Position numbers and translations under genes: made by a program. Positions 30,871 through 41,001 of a stretch of 64,000 nt of DNA are shown in pieces (the stretch's first letter is position 1; each line of letters opens with the position of its first letter). Location: contig CAWENF010000014.1 of assembly GCA_963810275.1 (NCBI GenBank), forward strand, positions 1 to 64,000, read 5' to 3'. The notes under the pieces are model-generated. The model did not search any database. It saw only the letters and a list, made by a program, of their open reading frames with translations, and had not been told where the DNA came from. The DNA is from an uncultured archaeon. Lineage in GTDB: Archaea; Thermoproteota; Bathyarchaeia; Bathyarchaeales; Bathycorpusculaceae.

Positions 30871-31452
30871 TTGACAATCGACATTCAATATGAGATTCCT
30901 ACATGGAACCAAATCTACGATATGCTTCTCTGTCAGACGGAAAAAATCCGCACCATCTACCAGGTTGAGGTAGTTGTAGGGGTTGCAAGGGGCGGGTCAG
31001 TGCCAGCTCGAGTTTTGACAGACTTGCTTGAGGTGTCGCATCTCGCAACAATGCAAGTGGAGTTTTACGTGGACATAGCTAAAACCAAAGCCGTGCCTAC
31101 CTTAAAACAGCCTCTAACCATGCCAGTGCGCGGCAGAAAAGTGCTTTTAGTCGATGACATAACCGACACCGGCGCAAGCCTTCAACTTGCCAAAAACCAC
31201 CTCCAAATGAAAGGCGCGTCGGAAGTCAAAACCGCCACCCTCTACCTCAAACCCCAATCAGCCTTTCAACCAGACTTTTACGAGAAACAAACCCAATGTT
31301 GGGTGATTTTCCCCTGGGACACCAAAGAAACCCTCAGAAAGATTTTGCAGCACAAAATTGGAAAACGGCAAACGAACTGGGAAATCGCAAAAATCGTAAA
31401 AGCAGGGTTGCCTAAACAGTTAGCGGATAAACTCTTAGAGGATATGCGGTGA
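30871..31452 (+). CDS. Purine phosphoribosyltransferase
   Basis: VGVARGG, VLLVDDITDTGASL and WVIFPW. Confidence 0.92.
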   Translation: MTIDIQYEIPTWNQIYDMLLCQTEKIRTIYQVEVVVGVARGGSVPARVLTDLLEVSHLATMQVEFYVDIAKTKAVPTLKQPLTMPVRGRKVLLVDDITDTGASLQLAKNHLQMKGASEVKTATLYLKPQSAFQPDFYEKQTQCWVIFPWDTKETLRKILQHKIGKRQTNWEIAKIVKAGLPKQLADKLLEDMR

Positions 31453-31458
31453 GCGAGC

Positions 31459-32022
31459 ATGCGTTACACAATCGAAGAATATGGCAAAGTCGCTGAAATC
31501 ACGGGTTTTTTAGGAGCTTCGTTTTCTCGGGTTGACGCTTTTCTAAAAGAAAAGCGCAAACAGACCCACAACTGGGTTGATGTACAGTTCTTCGACGCAG
31601 AGTTAATCGCAACCTCTGAGCACCTGTACTTCGCCGCCTTAAACGCCCTACAAGCCTTCCAGAACCAAACTAACATCTCCAAAACCGTCGCTGTCGAAAC
31701 CATGCTCTATGCCTCAGCCAAACGGCAAATCCAGAAAGCTATCAACCTAATCGGCGTCAAACCAGACTCAGAAACCATGGCAACATTAATCGTCAGCAAT
31801 TCAGATAGCCAAGTCCAAGAGACAATGAAAGAGTTAACTACCTATCTGAATGTGGAGCCCGACGACTCCCTACTCTACTTGACGCCCAAAAAAGTAGATA
31901 TAATTAGGGTTGCTTTTCAAATTAGCGACAAAGAAATAAAAGCAGCTACCCAAACAACCCCCGAAGCCGCATTGATCGACCTAATTGTCGAACACGTAGC
32001 CCTACTCGCAACGCAGCTATGA
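31459..32022 (+). CDS. cgi121: KEOPS complex subunit Cgi121
   Basis: QFFDAELI...HL...A, ETMLYASAKRQIQKAI..IGVK. Confidence 0.92.
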   Translation: MRYTIEEYGKVAEITGFLGASFSRVDAFLKEKRKQTHNWVDVQFFDAELIATSEHLYFAALNALQAFQNQTNISKTVAVETMLYASAKRQIQKAINLIGVKPDSETMATLIVSNSDSQVQETMKELTTYLNVEPDDSLLYLTPKKVDIIRVAFQISDKEIKAATQTTPEAALIDLIVEHVALLATQL

Positions 32023-32023
32023 G

Positions 32024-32551
32024 TTAGAGCATTTTTTCTTTGACGACAGCCAAAACGTCATCTGGCTTAATCAATGCTAATCCCGTTAGGGCGCCTAAGG
32101 TTTCGATTTGAAGAACCAAATCGGGGTTGTGTAGGTCGACTTTGCGGTTTATATCGCCTGCTGCGGCTTGGATAAGGTCCTTTGAGTGAAGTTCAGTGAA
32201 CCGTTTCTCGACGGTAACTCGAAAAGATTGGTTTTCACCGATTTTTTGCGCCAACTCCACTCCTGCTTTTTTGATTTGCGCCAAATCTGTGGCCACAACC
32301 CGCTGGACTGGCACGATACGGAGCGCGTAGCGGAAGGCATAGGGGCGCTCGCTTAGGATTTCTCGGAACTTTGCCATCACCTCAAGGGGATCAAGGCTGG
32401 TTTTAGCTACGATTAAGCCGCGAATTTTGGTTTTGGCTGCTTTGGCCTCTTGATCTCCGAGCTCATCTTTCAGGAGGAAGACTATTTCCTTGGTCATGGC
32501 GCGCTCGTTACCGCGCGCTGTGGTTGCGATTAGATTGAATTCGGGTATCAT
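32024..32551 (-). CDS. THUMP domain RNA-binding protein
   Basis: LRIVPV, SFRVTVEKR and VDLHNPDLVLQIE. Confidence 0.9.
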   Translation of the reverse strand: MIPEFNLIATTARGNERAMTKEIVFLLKDELGDQEAKAAKTKIRGLIVAKTSLDPLEVMAKFREILSERPYAFRYALRIVPVQRVVATDLAQIKKAGVELAQKIGENQSFRVTVEKRFTELHSKDLIQAAAGDINRKVDLHNPDLVLQIETLGALTGLALIKPDDVLAVVKEKML

Positions 32552-32942
32552 TGGAGTCTCAAGCTAAACTGGGGCGGCGGGTTATTTTTGCTTTCCTGAG
32601 TTCCTTTTTGTCTTTATACAAGTGTTTATATTTTTACGGTACCACAAGACGGTTGTTAATGAAGCTGTTTTGAGATTACAAAGACGATTCCTGCAACCTA
32701 ATGTGGTGTGACTGCCGCTTTTTTTGTACACGCTCAATATGGCTCTCTATGTTGAAAACGGCGCAGCGTTAAAGTGATGATACATGCGACTAAGAAGAAT
32801 CTATACGAAAACCGCAATAAAACTTTATAGAAAAACCGTTTTTCCCAAAAAAACACAAATATTCAGGCATCTTCCACATAAAGCTACCACTAACCATAAA
32901 TGTATGAAAAGCAAATTGTCCAGTGAGGCTTAAGTACACCTA

Positions 32943-33089
32943 ATGTCAATGAGAGACCCAGTTTGCGGAGCTGTTCTAAACGATAACACCGCGAAGTTCA
33001 AAATATCCTATGATGGAGAAACTTACCATTTCTGCAGTTTAGGCTGCAAGAAAAGGTTCAAGCGCCAACCAACAAAATTCGTAAAGTAA
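32943..33089 (+). CDS. YHS/TRASH metal-binding domain protein
   Basis: Manual translation MSMRDPVCGAVLNDNTAKFKISYDGETYHFCSLGCKKRFKRQPTKFVK. Below the ORF track cutoff. Confidence 0.9.
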   Translation: MSMRDPVCGAVLNDNTAKFKISYDGETYHFCSLGCKKRFKRQPTKFVK

Positions 33090-33152
33090 CATCGTTGGTC
33101 GCGGGAAGGTCAAAAAAAAGCTCCCATAGAGCAGCTAACCCAGGTTTTTACG

Positions 33153-34469
33153 CTACAATTTTTCGTTATCAGAAATATCCATCATCGCAATTCCCGAAAC
33201 TAGTTTCGGGTAAAAATCGGTGCTTTTCTCAGGCAAAACCTCATGCTGAACCGCAACCTCAACCACCGTCTTAGCAGGAATTGGATTCACCAGAAAAGCA
33301 ACACCGGCTTCTCCTCTGTCAACTCGGGCAAGTGCATCTTTGGTCCAACGCTCATAAATGATAGTTTCATCAATATCAAGCTCCCCGGTTTTCATAATCT
33401 GCCCAAAAACCAAATCCCGCAGTATGACCACATCAAAGATTTTGGTGTCCTTGGAAGCAGTTGCGTTAATGAACTCATAGACTGCCCTGTCATGCCTCAA
33501 AGTTAAGCCACAGGCTTTCTCGCCATCATACACGCAAAACGCATGCTCACCCATATGACTGCTCAAGTAGGCGTTGACGGCGTCCGCTGTTGGTTTGATT
33601 TCTTCTATGTTGAAAAAGCTACGTATACCCTCCACGACTTCGGGAGTTAACCTTTGATTCTTAAGCAGCCTGTGCGTAGGCAACACAACCAGACCCTTCT
33701 CCTCCACAGGTACAAGGAAACACATATAATAATTGAAAGCCGAATCCTGCGTCCAGTCGGTTTTGCTGCGCATTTCGTCTCGGTAAGCAACTGCGCTTTC
33801 GTATCGGTGATGTCCATCAGTGATAACCACAGCTTTTGGCGCTAAAATAGCTTGCAACTCGTCGATTTTTTGGGGGTCAGAAACTTTCCAGATTGTGTGG
33901 TGTACGCCGTATTCGTCGGTGACTTTGATAAACGGCTGGGTCTGAGCAATCTTAGCCATTAATTGTATAGACTTTTCCTGGGGGTCTTGATACATTAAAA
34001 ACACAGGTTCGAGGTCTTTCTGAACTGTTCGTAACATTTTGAGGCGATCAGCTTTGGGTGCTTTGTAAGTGGCTTCATGAGGAAACACGACGTTTTCACT
34101 GTAAGGGTAGAGTTTCATGGCGACGATTAAGCCTGTCCGTGTAAAACTTTTGCCGTTTAAGATGAATTCTTGACGAGAAACAAAAATTGCTGGCTTCGCA
34201 AGTTTAGCTATAACACCCTCCGACAGCCAACTGGTGATGCGTTGATGGGCGACATTATATTTGTCGGCTTCAGTGGGCAGAGTTAGGCGGCAGTAGTTGT
34301 AGGGGGACTTCTCGTAGTAAGCTTTCTGCATCTTTGGACTTATTTTGTCGTATGGCTGCGCTATGAGGTCTTTGGGGTTGCCTGCTTTTGGCGTGTAAGT
34401 AATGGCTCGAAACGGTTTAACATCGACCAAGGGAGCTGTCAACTCAGAGGTTAAGTCTTTCAAGCGCAT
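33153..34469 (-). CDS. DUF1015 family protein (ParB-like; clustered with serA/serC)
   Basis: PYDKIS, VFPHEAT, ITDGHHRYE, LPTHRL and PEKSTDFYPKL. Confidence 0.9.
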   Translation of the reverse strand: MRLKDLTSELTAPLVDVKPFRAITYTPKAGNPKDLIAQPYDKISPKMQKAYYEKSPYNYCRLTLPTEADKYNVAHQRITSWLSEGVIAKLAKPAIFVSRQEFILNGKSFTRTGLIVAMKLYPYSENVVFPHEATYKAPKADRLKMLRTVQKDLEPVFLMYQDPQEKSIQLMAKIAQTQPFIKVTDEYGVHHTIWKVSDPQKIDELQAILAPKAVVITDGHHRYESAVAYRDEMRSKTDWTQDSAFNYYMCFLVPVEEKGLVVLPTHRLLKNQRLTPEVVEGIRSFFNIEEIKPTADAVNAYLSSHMGEHAFCVYDGEKACGLTLRHDRAVYEFINATASKDTKIFDVVILRDLVFGQIMKTGELDIDETIIYERWTKDALARVDRGEAGVAFLVNPIPAKTVVEVAVQHEVLPEKSTDFYPKLVSGIAMMDISDNEKL

Positions 34470-35346
34470 CTATAATGTTATTGGCTATTTGTATGCTTGC
34501 TCTATGTTGGGCCTCGAAAGTTTGAGCACCAATATGCGGTGTAGCAATCACGTTTGGAAGCGAAAGAAGCTTGCTGTTTTTGGGCGGCTCCTCCTCAAAA
34601 ACGTCCAGTGCAGCGCCTGCGACTTTGCCTGTCACCAACGCGTTGTAGAGGGCTTCCTGGTCAATGACTCCACCGCGTGAGCAGTCGATTATGCGCACGC
34701 CTGGCTTCATCAACTCAAATTCCTTGACAGAAATCATATGCCTAGTCTTGGGTGTCAGCGGTACGTGAATTGTTATAAAGTCTGCTTGGGGCAACATTTT
34801 ACCCAACGGAACAAAACGGTCTTGCACGCATTCCTCAACTACAATCACCCGCATCCCAAACGCCAATGCTAGGCGCTCCACATCTTTACCTATGAAACCG
34901 CATCCAATAACGCCAAGTGTTCTGCCGTTAAGTTCAGTGCCCATCAACTTGTCTTTTTCCCATTTACCCTCACGCAACGAATTAGTGCCCTGCACAATGT
35001 TGCGTGCAAGCGCAATCATGTGACCAAGGGTCAGCTCGGATACGCTGATGTAAGATACATGCGGCGTGTTCACCAAGGCGATCCCCCGCTGTTTAGTACG
35101 TTCGTAATCCACGTTGTCTAAGCCTTCGCCTGCTCTGCCAATCACCTTAAGGTTTTTAGCGTTCTCTAACAGTTCGCCACGGACTTTGGTAGCGCTACGC
35201 ACAATCAAAACGTCATATTTTCCTATGATTTTGGGCATGTCGGATTTGGGGATGTCCCAGCCCCGGTTAACGCTGTACCCTTTTTTTTCGAGGAGTTTAA
35301 TGCCTTCGTCAGCGATTTTGTCGCTAACGAGGATTTTTATGGTCAC
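34444..35346 (-). CDS. serA: D-3-phosphoglycerate dehydrogenase / 2-hydroxyacid dehydrogenase
   Basis: VRSATKV, GRAGEGLDNVD, GVIGCGFIG, LDVFEEEP and TPHIGAQT. Confidence 0.88.
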   Translation of the reverse strand: MTIKILVSDKIADEGIKLLEKKGYSVNRGWDIPKSDMPKIIGKYDVLIVRSATKVRGELLENAKNLKVIGRAGEGLDNVDYERTKQRGIALVNTPHVSYISVSELTLGHMIALARNIVQGTNSLREGKWEKDKLMGTELNGRTLGVIGCGFIGKDVERLALAFGMRVIVVEECVQDRFVPLGKMLPQADFITIHVPLTPKTRHMISVKEFELMKPGVRIIDCSRGGVIDQEALYNALVTGKVAGAALDVFEEEPPKNSKLLSLPNVIATPHIGAQTFEAQHRASIQIANNIIDALERLNL

Positions 35347-36416
35347 TATAATCCCCAGATTTCTTCGATGCTTCCAATTACTTTTCTGATGCCGTCAACG
35401 TTCCATTCGCCCATGTGGCCAATGCGGAAGGTTTTCTCTTTGAGTTTGCCGTAACCAGCGGAAATCATATAACCGCGTTCGGCGAGTTTCTGGTTTAGGG
35501 CGTTGACGTCTTTGCCTTCAGAGTTTATGCAGCTAACAGTTATGGATTCGTAACCCTCTTCGGGGAACATGCTGAAGTGCCGTTTAGCCCAGCCTTGGGT
35601 GAACTTTGCCATGTCGAGGTGACGCTTGTAGACTTTGTCATAGGTTTCCTCCAGCAGCAGATCCATGCGTTTGTTGAGGGCATAGAGTAGTGAAATGTTA
35701 GGGGTGAAGGGTGTTTGGTGCTTCTTTTCAAACTCAAAAATGTCAACCAAATCGGTGTAGGCACCTCTGCTAGGAACGGTGGTGGCACGCTCAAGGGCTT
35801 TGTCGTTGACTAAGCCGACTGCGAGTCCTGGCGGTAGGGCGAAGCATTTTTGTGTGCTGCCAAAAAGCACGTCCACGTTCATTTCTTGAGGTAGCGTTTT
35901 GTCACCGGCGATTGAGCTGACTGCGTCGACGGCGAATATTGTGTTTGGGAATTCATTTTTAACGATTTTCCCTATTTCAGCAACAGGACTGCGTACTCCA
36001 GTGCTGGTTTCGTTGTGGCAAACCCATACCGTGTCGTATTTGTCCGATGCGAGTTTTTCGGCAACCATCTCGGGTTTTATAGCTTGACCCATCTCGACTT
36101 CGAGGATGTCGGCTTTTTTGCCGCATGCTGTGAAGGTTTGAGCAGCACGTTTGCTGAATGCCCCGTTAACGCATACGAGTGCTTTATTTTGTACAATGCT
36201 TCGGGCGACTATATCAAACCACAAAGTGCCTGAGCTAGTGGTTACGGTGGGTTTGTATTCGGCTGGTAACTGGAAGAACTTTGTGAGTTTTTCTGTGATT
36301 CCGCCATATAAATCGGAAAATGCTTTTTCTCTGTGCCCAATCATGTATTGGGCTTGTTCGGTTAAAACTTCTTTACTTACTTCGGTTGGACCGGGAATCA
36401 AAAGTTTTTTGTGCAT
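35346..36416 (-). CDS. Class V aminotransferase (archaeal phosphoserine aminotransferase-like)
   Basis: LIPGPT, HNETSTG, VDAVSS, STQKCFALPPG and FRIGHMG. Confidence 0.92.
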   Translation of the reverse strand: MHKKLLIPGPTEVSKEVLTEQAQYMIGHREKAFSDLYGGITEKLTKFFQLPAEYKPTVTTSSGTLWFDIVARSIVQNKALVCVNGAFSKRAAQTFTACGKKADILEVEMGQAIKPEMVAEKLASDKYDTVWVCHNETSTGVRSPVAEIGKIVKNEFPNTIFAVDAVSSIAGDKTLPQEMNVDVLFGSTQKCFALPPGLAVGLVNDKALERATTVPSRGAYTDLVDIFEFEKKHQTPFTPNISLLYALNKRMDLLLEETYDKVYKRHLDMAKFTQGWAKRHFSMFPEEGYESITVSCINSEGKDVNALNQKLAERGYMISAGYGKLKEKTFRIGHMGEWNVDGIRKVIGSIEEIWGL

Positions 36417-36482
36417 GGCTAATCCTTCAGTCAGAAATGGTATTCTCTGAAAATATAAGGCTTATGCGAAGAGAATTGTGGG

Positions 36483-37653
36483 TTAGATGTCTGTTTGGTT
36501 CCAGTAGTACACTGCCTTGTAGCTGTCCGGAACCGGATAGGCAGGGTCTTCGTAGGCGATGTCCAAGTTGTACCCATAGTGACCCAGCATCAACTGCACC
36601 TTATCCCAGATGACGGGTGATTTTTCGTCGGCAGCCCAGAAACCCCAAATCTTATCCTCGGGATGACGCATGCCCCACCCATAGTTATGCGGCAAAACCA
36701 GCACTACATCTGATTGCGGCGCCCGCTCGATTTCGCCGTTTTGGATGCCGTTCCAGAGCCGCTCTATTGCGTCAAAGTGCTCCTGCTCCATAACACCATA
36801 CGGGTTAGTGCTGTTATAGGGGAAATCAAAAACTACGAGGTATTTGGCGCCAGCAGCGTAAGCGTCCCGCATCTGGCCGTAAACCTCATCGCCACCTGCA
36901 AGATACGGGGGCTCCGTGTACTTCCAAGTAACTATGACACCCCAGTCTTTGTGTTGAAAGTTTGCTGCACCACGAACCAAAGCGATGTCCTGCACCAGCG
37001 TTTGATTCCAACCTGCCTCAGCCAACATAACATCGTACCCTGACGTGTAATCAAACCAGTAAAGAGTGTAGTCGGAGCAGAAAATAGGGATACCTGCCTC
37101 TTTGAGGGCTACTGTTCCCCCATCCCGCTGGAACATCTCTTCAAATCGTTGGGCGGTGGCATCATAGTCAACGCTTTGAGGCATGTACCAGCCTGCGGCT
37201 TGGTCTATCCAGATGCCGCCCCGCTCATCATAGTAGTAGACGCCTAAGAATTTGTCACCGTATGCTGTTTTGGCGTCTTGAACAAACATTAGGCGCCAGG
37301 TAAGGTTTTTTTGTTCTAAAATGTCAGGGGCTAAGTCGCCAAAGGAGACTATGAGGTTTAAGCCTTGGACGGTGGCGTATTCGCAGATTTGGCGGGTAGC
37401 GGATTCGTTGATGCTTAGGGGTCCTGACTGCAAAATAAACAGGTTACTGTAAGCTTTGGTTTTGTCGATTAGTGCTTTGGCTTGCTCGTAGGTGTCGCCG
37501 CCAAACGCTACCCCAATATAGCAGTTTGCTTCGCCGTCTGGAGGCATCTGGCGGTGATTTAGTAAACAACAAAAAACTAACTATAACAATCAATGCAACC
37601 GCCAACAAAGCAACAGTCAAGTGTCTCTTGGGAAGCCTCAACCTTACACGCAA
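36483..37653 (-). CDS. Membrane-anchored hypothetical protein; frameshift near 37550 separates the N-terminal TM segment
   Basis: The upstream frame gives RLPKRHLTVALLAVALIVIVSFLLF. The 354-aa downstream ORF has YYYDE, WFDY, WGVIVTWKY and YGWGMR. Confidence 0.75.
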
Positions 37654-37785
37654 CCAGAAACAAGTTCTGCCATATAAAATAATAAACGTTAAGGTAAGCA
37701 TTGAATTGGCGAGCACCGTTTATTTGAGCAGTAACTTTTATTTGCTTAAAGTTCAATTGTTGTGTGTTCTGGGCATATTTCGGGC

Positions 37786-37859
37786 GCCTCGATAGCTCAG
37801 CCCAGTGGAGCGGCTGCCTTGTAAGCAGCAGGCCGCGGGAGCAAAGCCCGCTCGAGGCT
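37786..37859 (+). tRNA. tRNA-Thr(UGU), atypical D- and T-loops
   Basis: GCCTCGA/TCGAGGC acceptor stem, anticodon arm GCTGC-CT TGT AA-GCAGC, T-arm GCGGG-AGCAAAG-CCCGC, D-loop AGCCCAGTG. Confidence 0.85.
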
Positions 37860-37921
37860 CTCCAAAAATCTTTTGTAGTAACAAAATAGCTGTCGAATAA
37901 AAGTAAGGTAAAAATGAAAAT

Positions 37922-38173
37922 TTATGCTTTTTCCGAGCCGTCTTCTGTCTTAGCTGCAAGCTTCACTTTAATCGCCTTCGTGTCATTAATCACGAGTTTG
38001 TATTTGCGGGCTTGCGTAGAAATAATTTCGTTCTCAAACAGTTTGCGCAGTGAACGGAAAACCTTCTTGTTGGTTTCACCAGATTTGTCGACGATTTCCT
38101 GCAGCATTAACTCTTTTCCTTCAGCTTGAAGTACTGCAACAACTTTTTCATCAGTCTTGTTAAGTTTTGCCAT
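37922..38173 (-). CDS. Small winged-helix protein
   Basis: LMLQEIVDKSGETNKKVFRSLRKLFENEII HTH pattern. Confidence 0.8.
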   Translation of the reverse strand: MAKLNKTDEKVVAVLQAEGKELMLQEIVDKSGETNKKVFRSLRKLFENEIISTQARKYKLVINDTKAIKVKLAAKTEDGSEKA

Positions 38174-38453
38174 AATCCAATCCTCTAATCGGTTGGTTTC
38201 TTTTTCCCATTATGGGCAGATTGCTTTTGTATTTTGCGGTTCAATTGAGCGGCGAACCATTGAAGCACTGTGGCAATCAGTGGATTTGGCGACTCCATTT
38301 TCCACAGCAAAACTTGCTAAAATCACAGGTTACACAGGGACCTTTCACGCCTATTTAACATTGTACTGTATTTTGTTTACTCATAGTCAAACCCATTCCC
38401 AAACACATGTTATAGGGTTTAGATATTCAGAAGCTGATTAAACCTATTGTCAG

Positions 38454-39080
38454 CTAAACACTAAGCTTGCCCATAAGAACCCTAAAACCACTCTCACGCG
38501 AAAGCACTTCGCAGCCGCCAAACATCGTCTCAAACAAGACAGGCAAGGTTTTGGAGCCAATTTTACTGCGGATCACCATTTGAAAAGTACCGCCACCCGA
38601 GAGGACTTTGGGCGCACCCTCGATTATCGCCTTCACAGTGTCCATACCAGCACTCACCGGCGGATTCGACAACACACAATCAAAACTGGTGCCATCGACG
38701 GGTTCATAGAGGTGACCATAGCGAACTTCAGCGTTTCGAACACGGTTTGTTTCAATATTCTGTTTGGCTAAGCGTACTGCCCGCATGTTAACGTCAGTCA
38801 TAACCACATGCAACTGAGGGTTAACTGCAGCCGCCGTGATGCCCACCGCACCGTATCCGCAGCCAATATCCAGCACGACACCTGCCTGCGGCAATATCAT
38901 AGCATCTATGAGAACATGGGTTCCTAAGTCGATTTTACGTTTAGAAAAAACGCTAGAAGAAGTCAAAAACTCTAATCTTCTGCCTCGCAAGTGGGCTTTT
39001 ATTAAGCCAAATTGGTCGTTACATTTCGGCACCGAAGTAAAGTAGTGGTCGTGGCCAATGTGTTTACTGTTCTTGGTCAT
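38454..39080 (-). CDS. Class I SAM methyltransferase (RsmC/MJ0882-like)
   Basis: HYF, VFSKRKIDLGT, LDIGCGYG and SNPP. Confidence 0.92.
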   Translation of the reverse strand: MTKNSKHIGHDHYFTSVPKCNDQFGLIKAHLRGRRLEFLTSSSVFSKRKIDLGTHVLIDAMILPQAGVVLDIGCGYGAVGITAAAVNPQLHVVMTDVNMRAVRLAKQNIETNRVRNAEVRYGHLYEPVDGTSFDCVLSNPPVSAGMDTVKAIIEGAPKVLSGGGTFQMVIRSKIGSKTLPVLFETMFGGCEVLSRESGFRVLMGKLSV

Positions 39081-40080
39081 TGCCGCTCTTCCAAACTTTG
39101 GGGTAAATGTTTCTGGGCATAAGCACCCTAGCCAAAGTCGCTACCACCCCATGACGCATATCCATGATTTGCTCTGTGGAAACCTGCGCCCTGCCCAAAG
39201 CGATTGCTTCGCCTTTAAGGGTAAATATAGCACAAATACGGCTTTTCTCAATGCCCGTATCAACTTGACAAACGCCCGGAGCCGTCAAATTGGCCCCGTG
39301 GCATAATGCGTCCACTGCGGAATCTCGCACCACCATTTTGGGCAACTGAATAAGTGCATTCTCCATGGGCTCGATAAACTTGTGGAGGTAGGTTATATCT
39401 TTGGTGCGTTCGAACTCGCCAAACCAATATGCCACGTCATGCAACGTTACGCATTTTCTACTGGTTTCCGTGAAGGGTCCAGCGCGGCTTCTTCGCAGCT
39501 CCTGCATGTGACCGCCGACACCTAGGATTTCGCCTATGTCAAAGCAGAGTTTACGGATGTAAGTGCCGCCTTCACAGCCCACTTTAAACAGCACGTTTCT
39601 GCCGTCTCGCTCAAAGTAGTCAATGTAATAGATGCGCCTTGTGCGCAATGCACGCTTAACTGAGCTACGCAACGGTGGGCGCTGATAAATCTCATCCTCA
39701 AAAACTGAAAGCACATGCTTAATACTGGGCTCGTCCACGTCACCATGCAGTTTCAGCACACAAACGTATTCTTTCCCGCTGTGAAGCAGCGCCTGAACCA
39801 TCTTTGTGGCTTCCTCCAACGTGATGGGCAAGATGCCTGTAACTTTGGGGTCAAGTGTTCCACCGTGTCCTATGACGTCGATTTTGAGAATTTTTTTAGT
39901 CCATGCCGCAACTTCGTGGCTGGTAGGTCCAGCTGGTTTGTCAAGATTTATGGTGCCAAACTTGATGTACTGCTTAGCGGTACGTTCCATCGGTTTTGTG
40001 CCGTATTTTGGGTCTGTGTGACCCTCGGATTTGGTGAGTAATTCACGTTTGGTTTCCCATGGTGGAAGCATTCGAGGCAT
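39064..40080 (-). CDS. cbf5: H/ACA pseudouridine synthase Cbf5
   Basis: LDKPAGPTSHEV, GHGGTLDPKVTG, YQRPP and GTYIRKLC, plus a PUA domain. Confidence 0.97.
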   Translation of the reverse strand: MPRMLPPWETKRELLTKSEGHTDPKYGTKPMERTAKQYIKFGTINLDKPAGPTSHEVAAWTKKILKIDVIGHGGTLDPKVTGILPITLEEATKMVQALLHSGKEYVCVLKLHGDVDEPSIKHVLSVFEDEIYQRPPLRSSVKRALRTRRIYYIDYFERDGRNVLFKVGCEGGTYIRKLCFDIGEILGVGGHMQELRRSRAGPFTETSRKCVTLHDVAYWFGEFERTKDITYLHKFIEPMENALIQLPKMVVRDSAVDALCHGANLTAPGVCQVDTGIEKSRICAIFTLKGEAIALGRAQVSTEQIMDMRHGVVATLARVLMPRNIYPKVWKSGNDQEQ

Positions 40081-40144
40081 GCCTTGACGAGTCTCCAGAG
40101 TTGAGGTAAGAAAAAGAAATACGTGGTATTAAAGTTTAAAAAGT

Positions 40145-40414
40145 TTAGAACAAAAGCGTCATTTCTTCAGTTAAGCCTGCGGCGTCGAGTGCTTGGGCTA
40201 CTTCATCGTCAGATGCGCCCCTTTTAATGTCGATTTTGTCTTCAATTGGCATGAGGTGGTTAATGTTGGCGCGTCTGCGTTTGAGACCTGTAACCTTTTT
40301 TGGTCCAGTGACTAAAACGAAGCTTTTGTCAAGGACATCGACGACGACGCCTTTGGTGCAACATTCTCGACCTGCTTGTTTTATGCATATTCTGCCGACT
40401 TCAATGGCGGGCAT
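40145..40414 (-). CDS. rpl14e: 50S ribosomal protein L14e
   Basis: MPAIEVGRICIKQAGRE...VLVTGPK..TGLKRRRANINHL. Start at ATG 40414. Confidence 0.95.
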   Translation of the reverse strand: MPAIEVGRICIKQAGRECCTKGVVVDVLDKSFVLVTGPKKVTGLKRRRANINHLMPIEDKIDIKRGASDDEVAQALDAAGLTEEMTLLF

Positions 40415-40787
40415 ATTTTTCTGTTCTCCTAAGGCACATGTACTGCAATCGGGAAATATAAGGATAACACAGTTTTGTTGTGATTTGTGCACATTTGGCG
40501 GCTGTTTTTGTTTGATGGTATTCGATGATATTCTTCATCTTCTCTTGGTTGGCGGCGTAAACTGTTTTTTATAGAGTACGAGGGGATTGCATACGGCACT
40601 TCCTAAAGCCCTGCCGCTAATCAACAGTTGCTCCTCCTGCTCAAGTTCACCACACAAGAACCATCAACACTCGTAAAAGAACCAACGTGACATCTTGCAC
40701 CCCAATATAGACTCAATTGAGATAAACTGCCAGAGTCGGTCTGTGAAGGTGAAGCAATTGGCGAAAGATGGTTTGCTGGAGGAATAG

Positions 40788-40991
40788 TTACAGTTTAGGT
40801 GCTGCTCCAAGCACTTTCTTCGCCCTTGAAATAAAATGAAGCAAAGCCATATTAGCGGATTGGGCGGCTAATTTAACATCGTTTAGTATTGTTTCAAACT
40901 CCGCACGATCCATAACTTGCCATATTTTTTTATCCGTTACAATGCAAGTGCCCAAACGTTTTAAAAGAAACCCAGCGTAACTTGTTTCCAT
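40788..40991 (-). CDS. Small hypothetical protein
   Basis: 67-aa ORF with no motif. It starts very close to the divergent egsA start. Confidence 0.35.
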   Translation of the reverse strand: METSYAGFLLKRLGTCIVTDKKIWQVMDRAEFETILNDVKLAAQSANMALLHFISRAKKVLGAAPKL

Positions 40992-41001
40992 CTCGCAGTG
41001 A

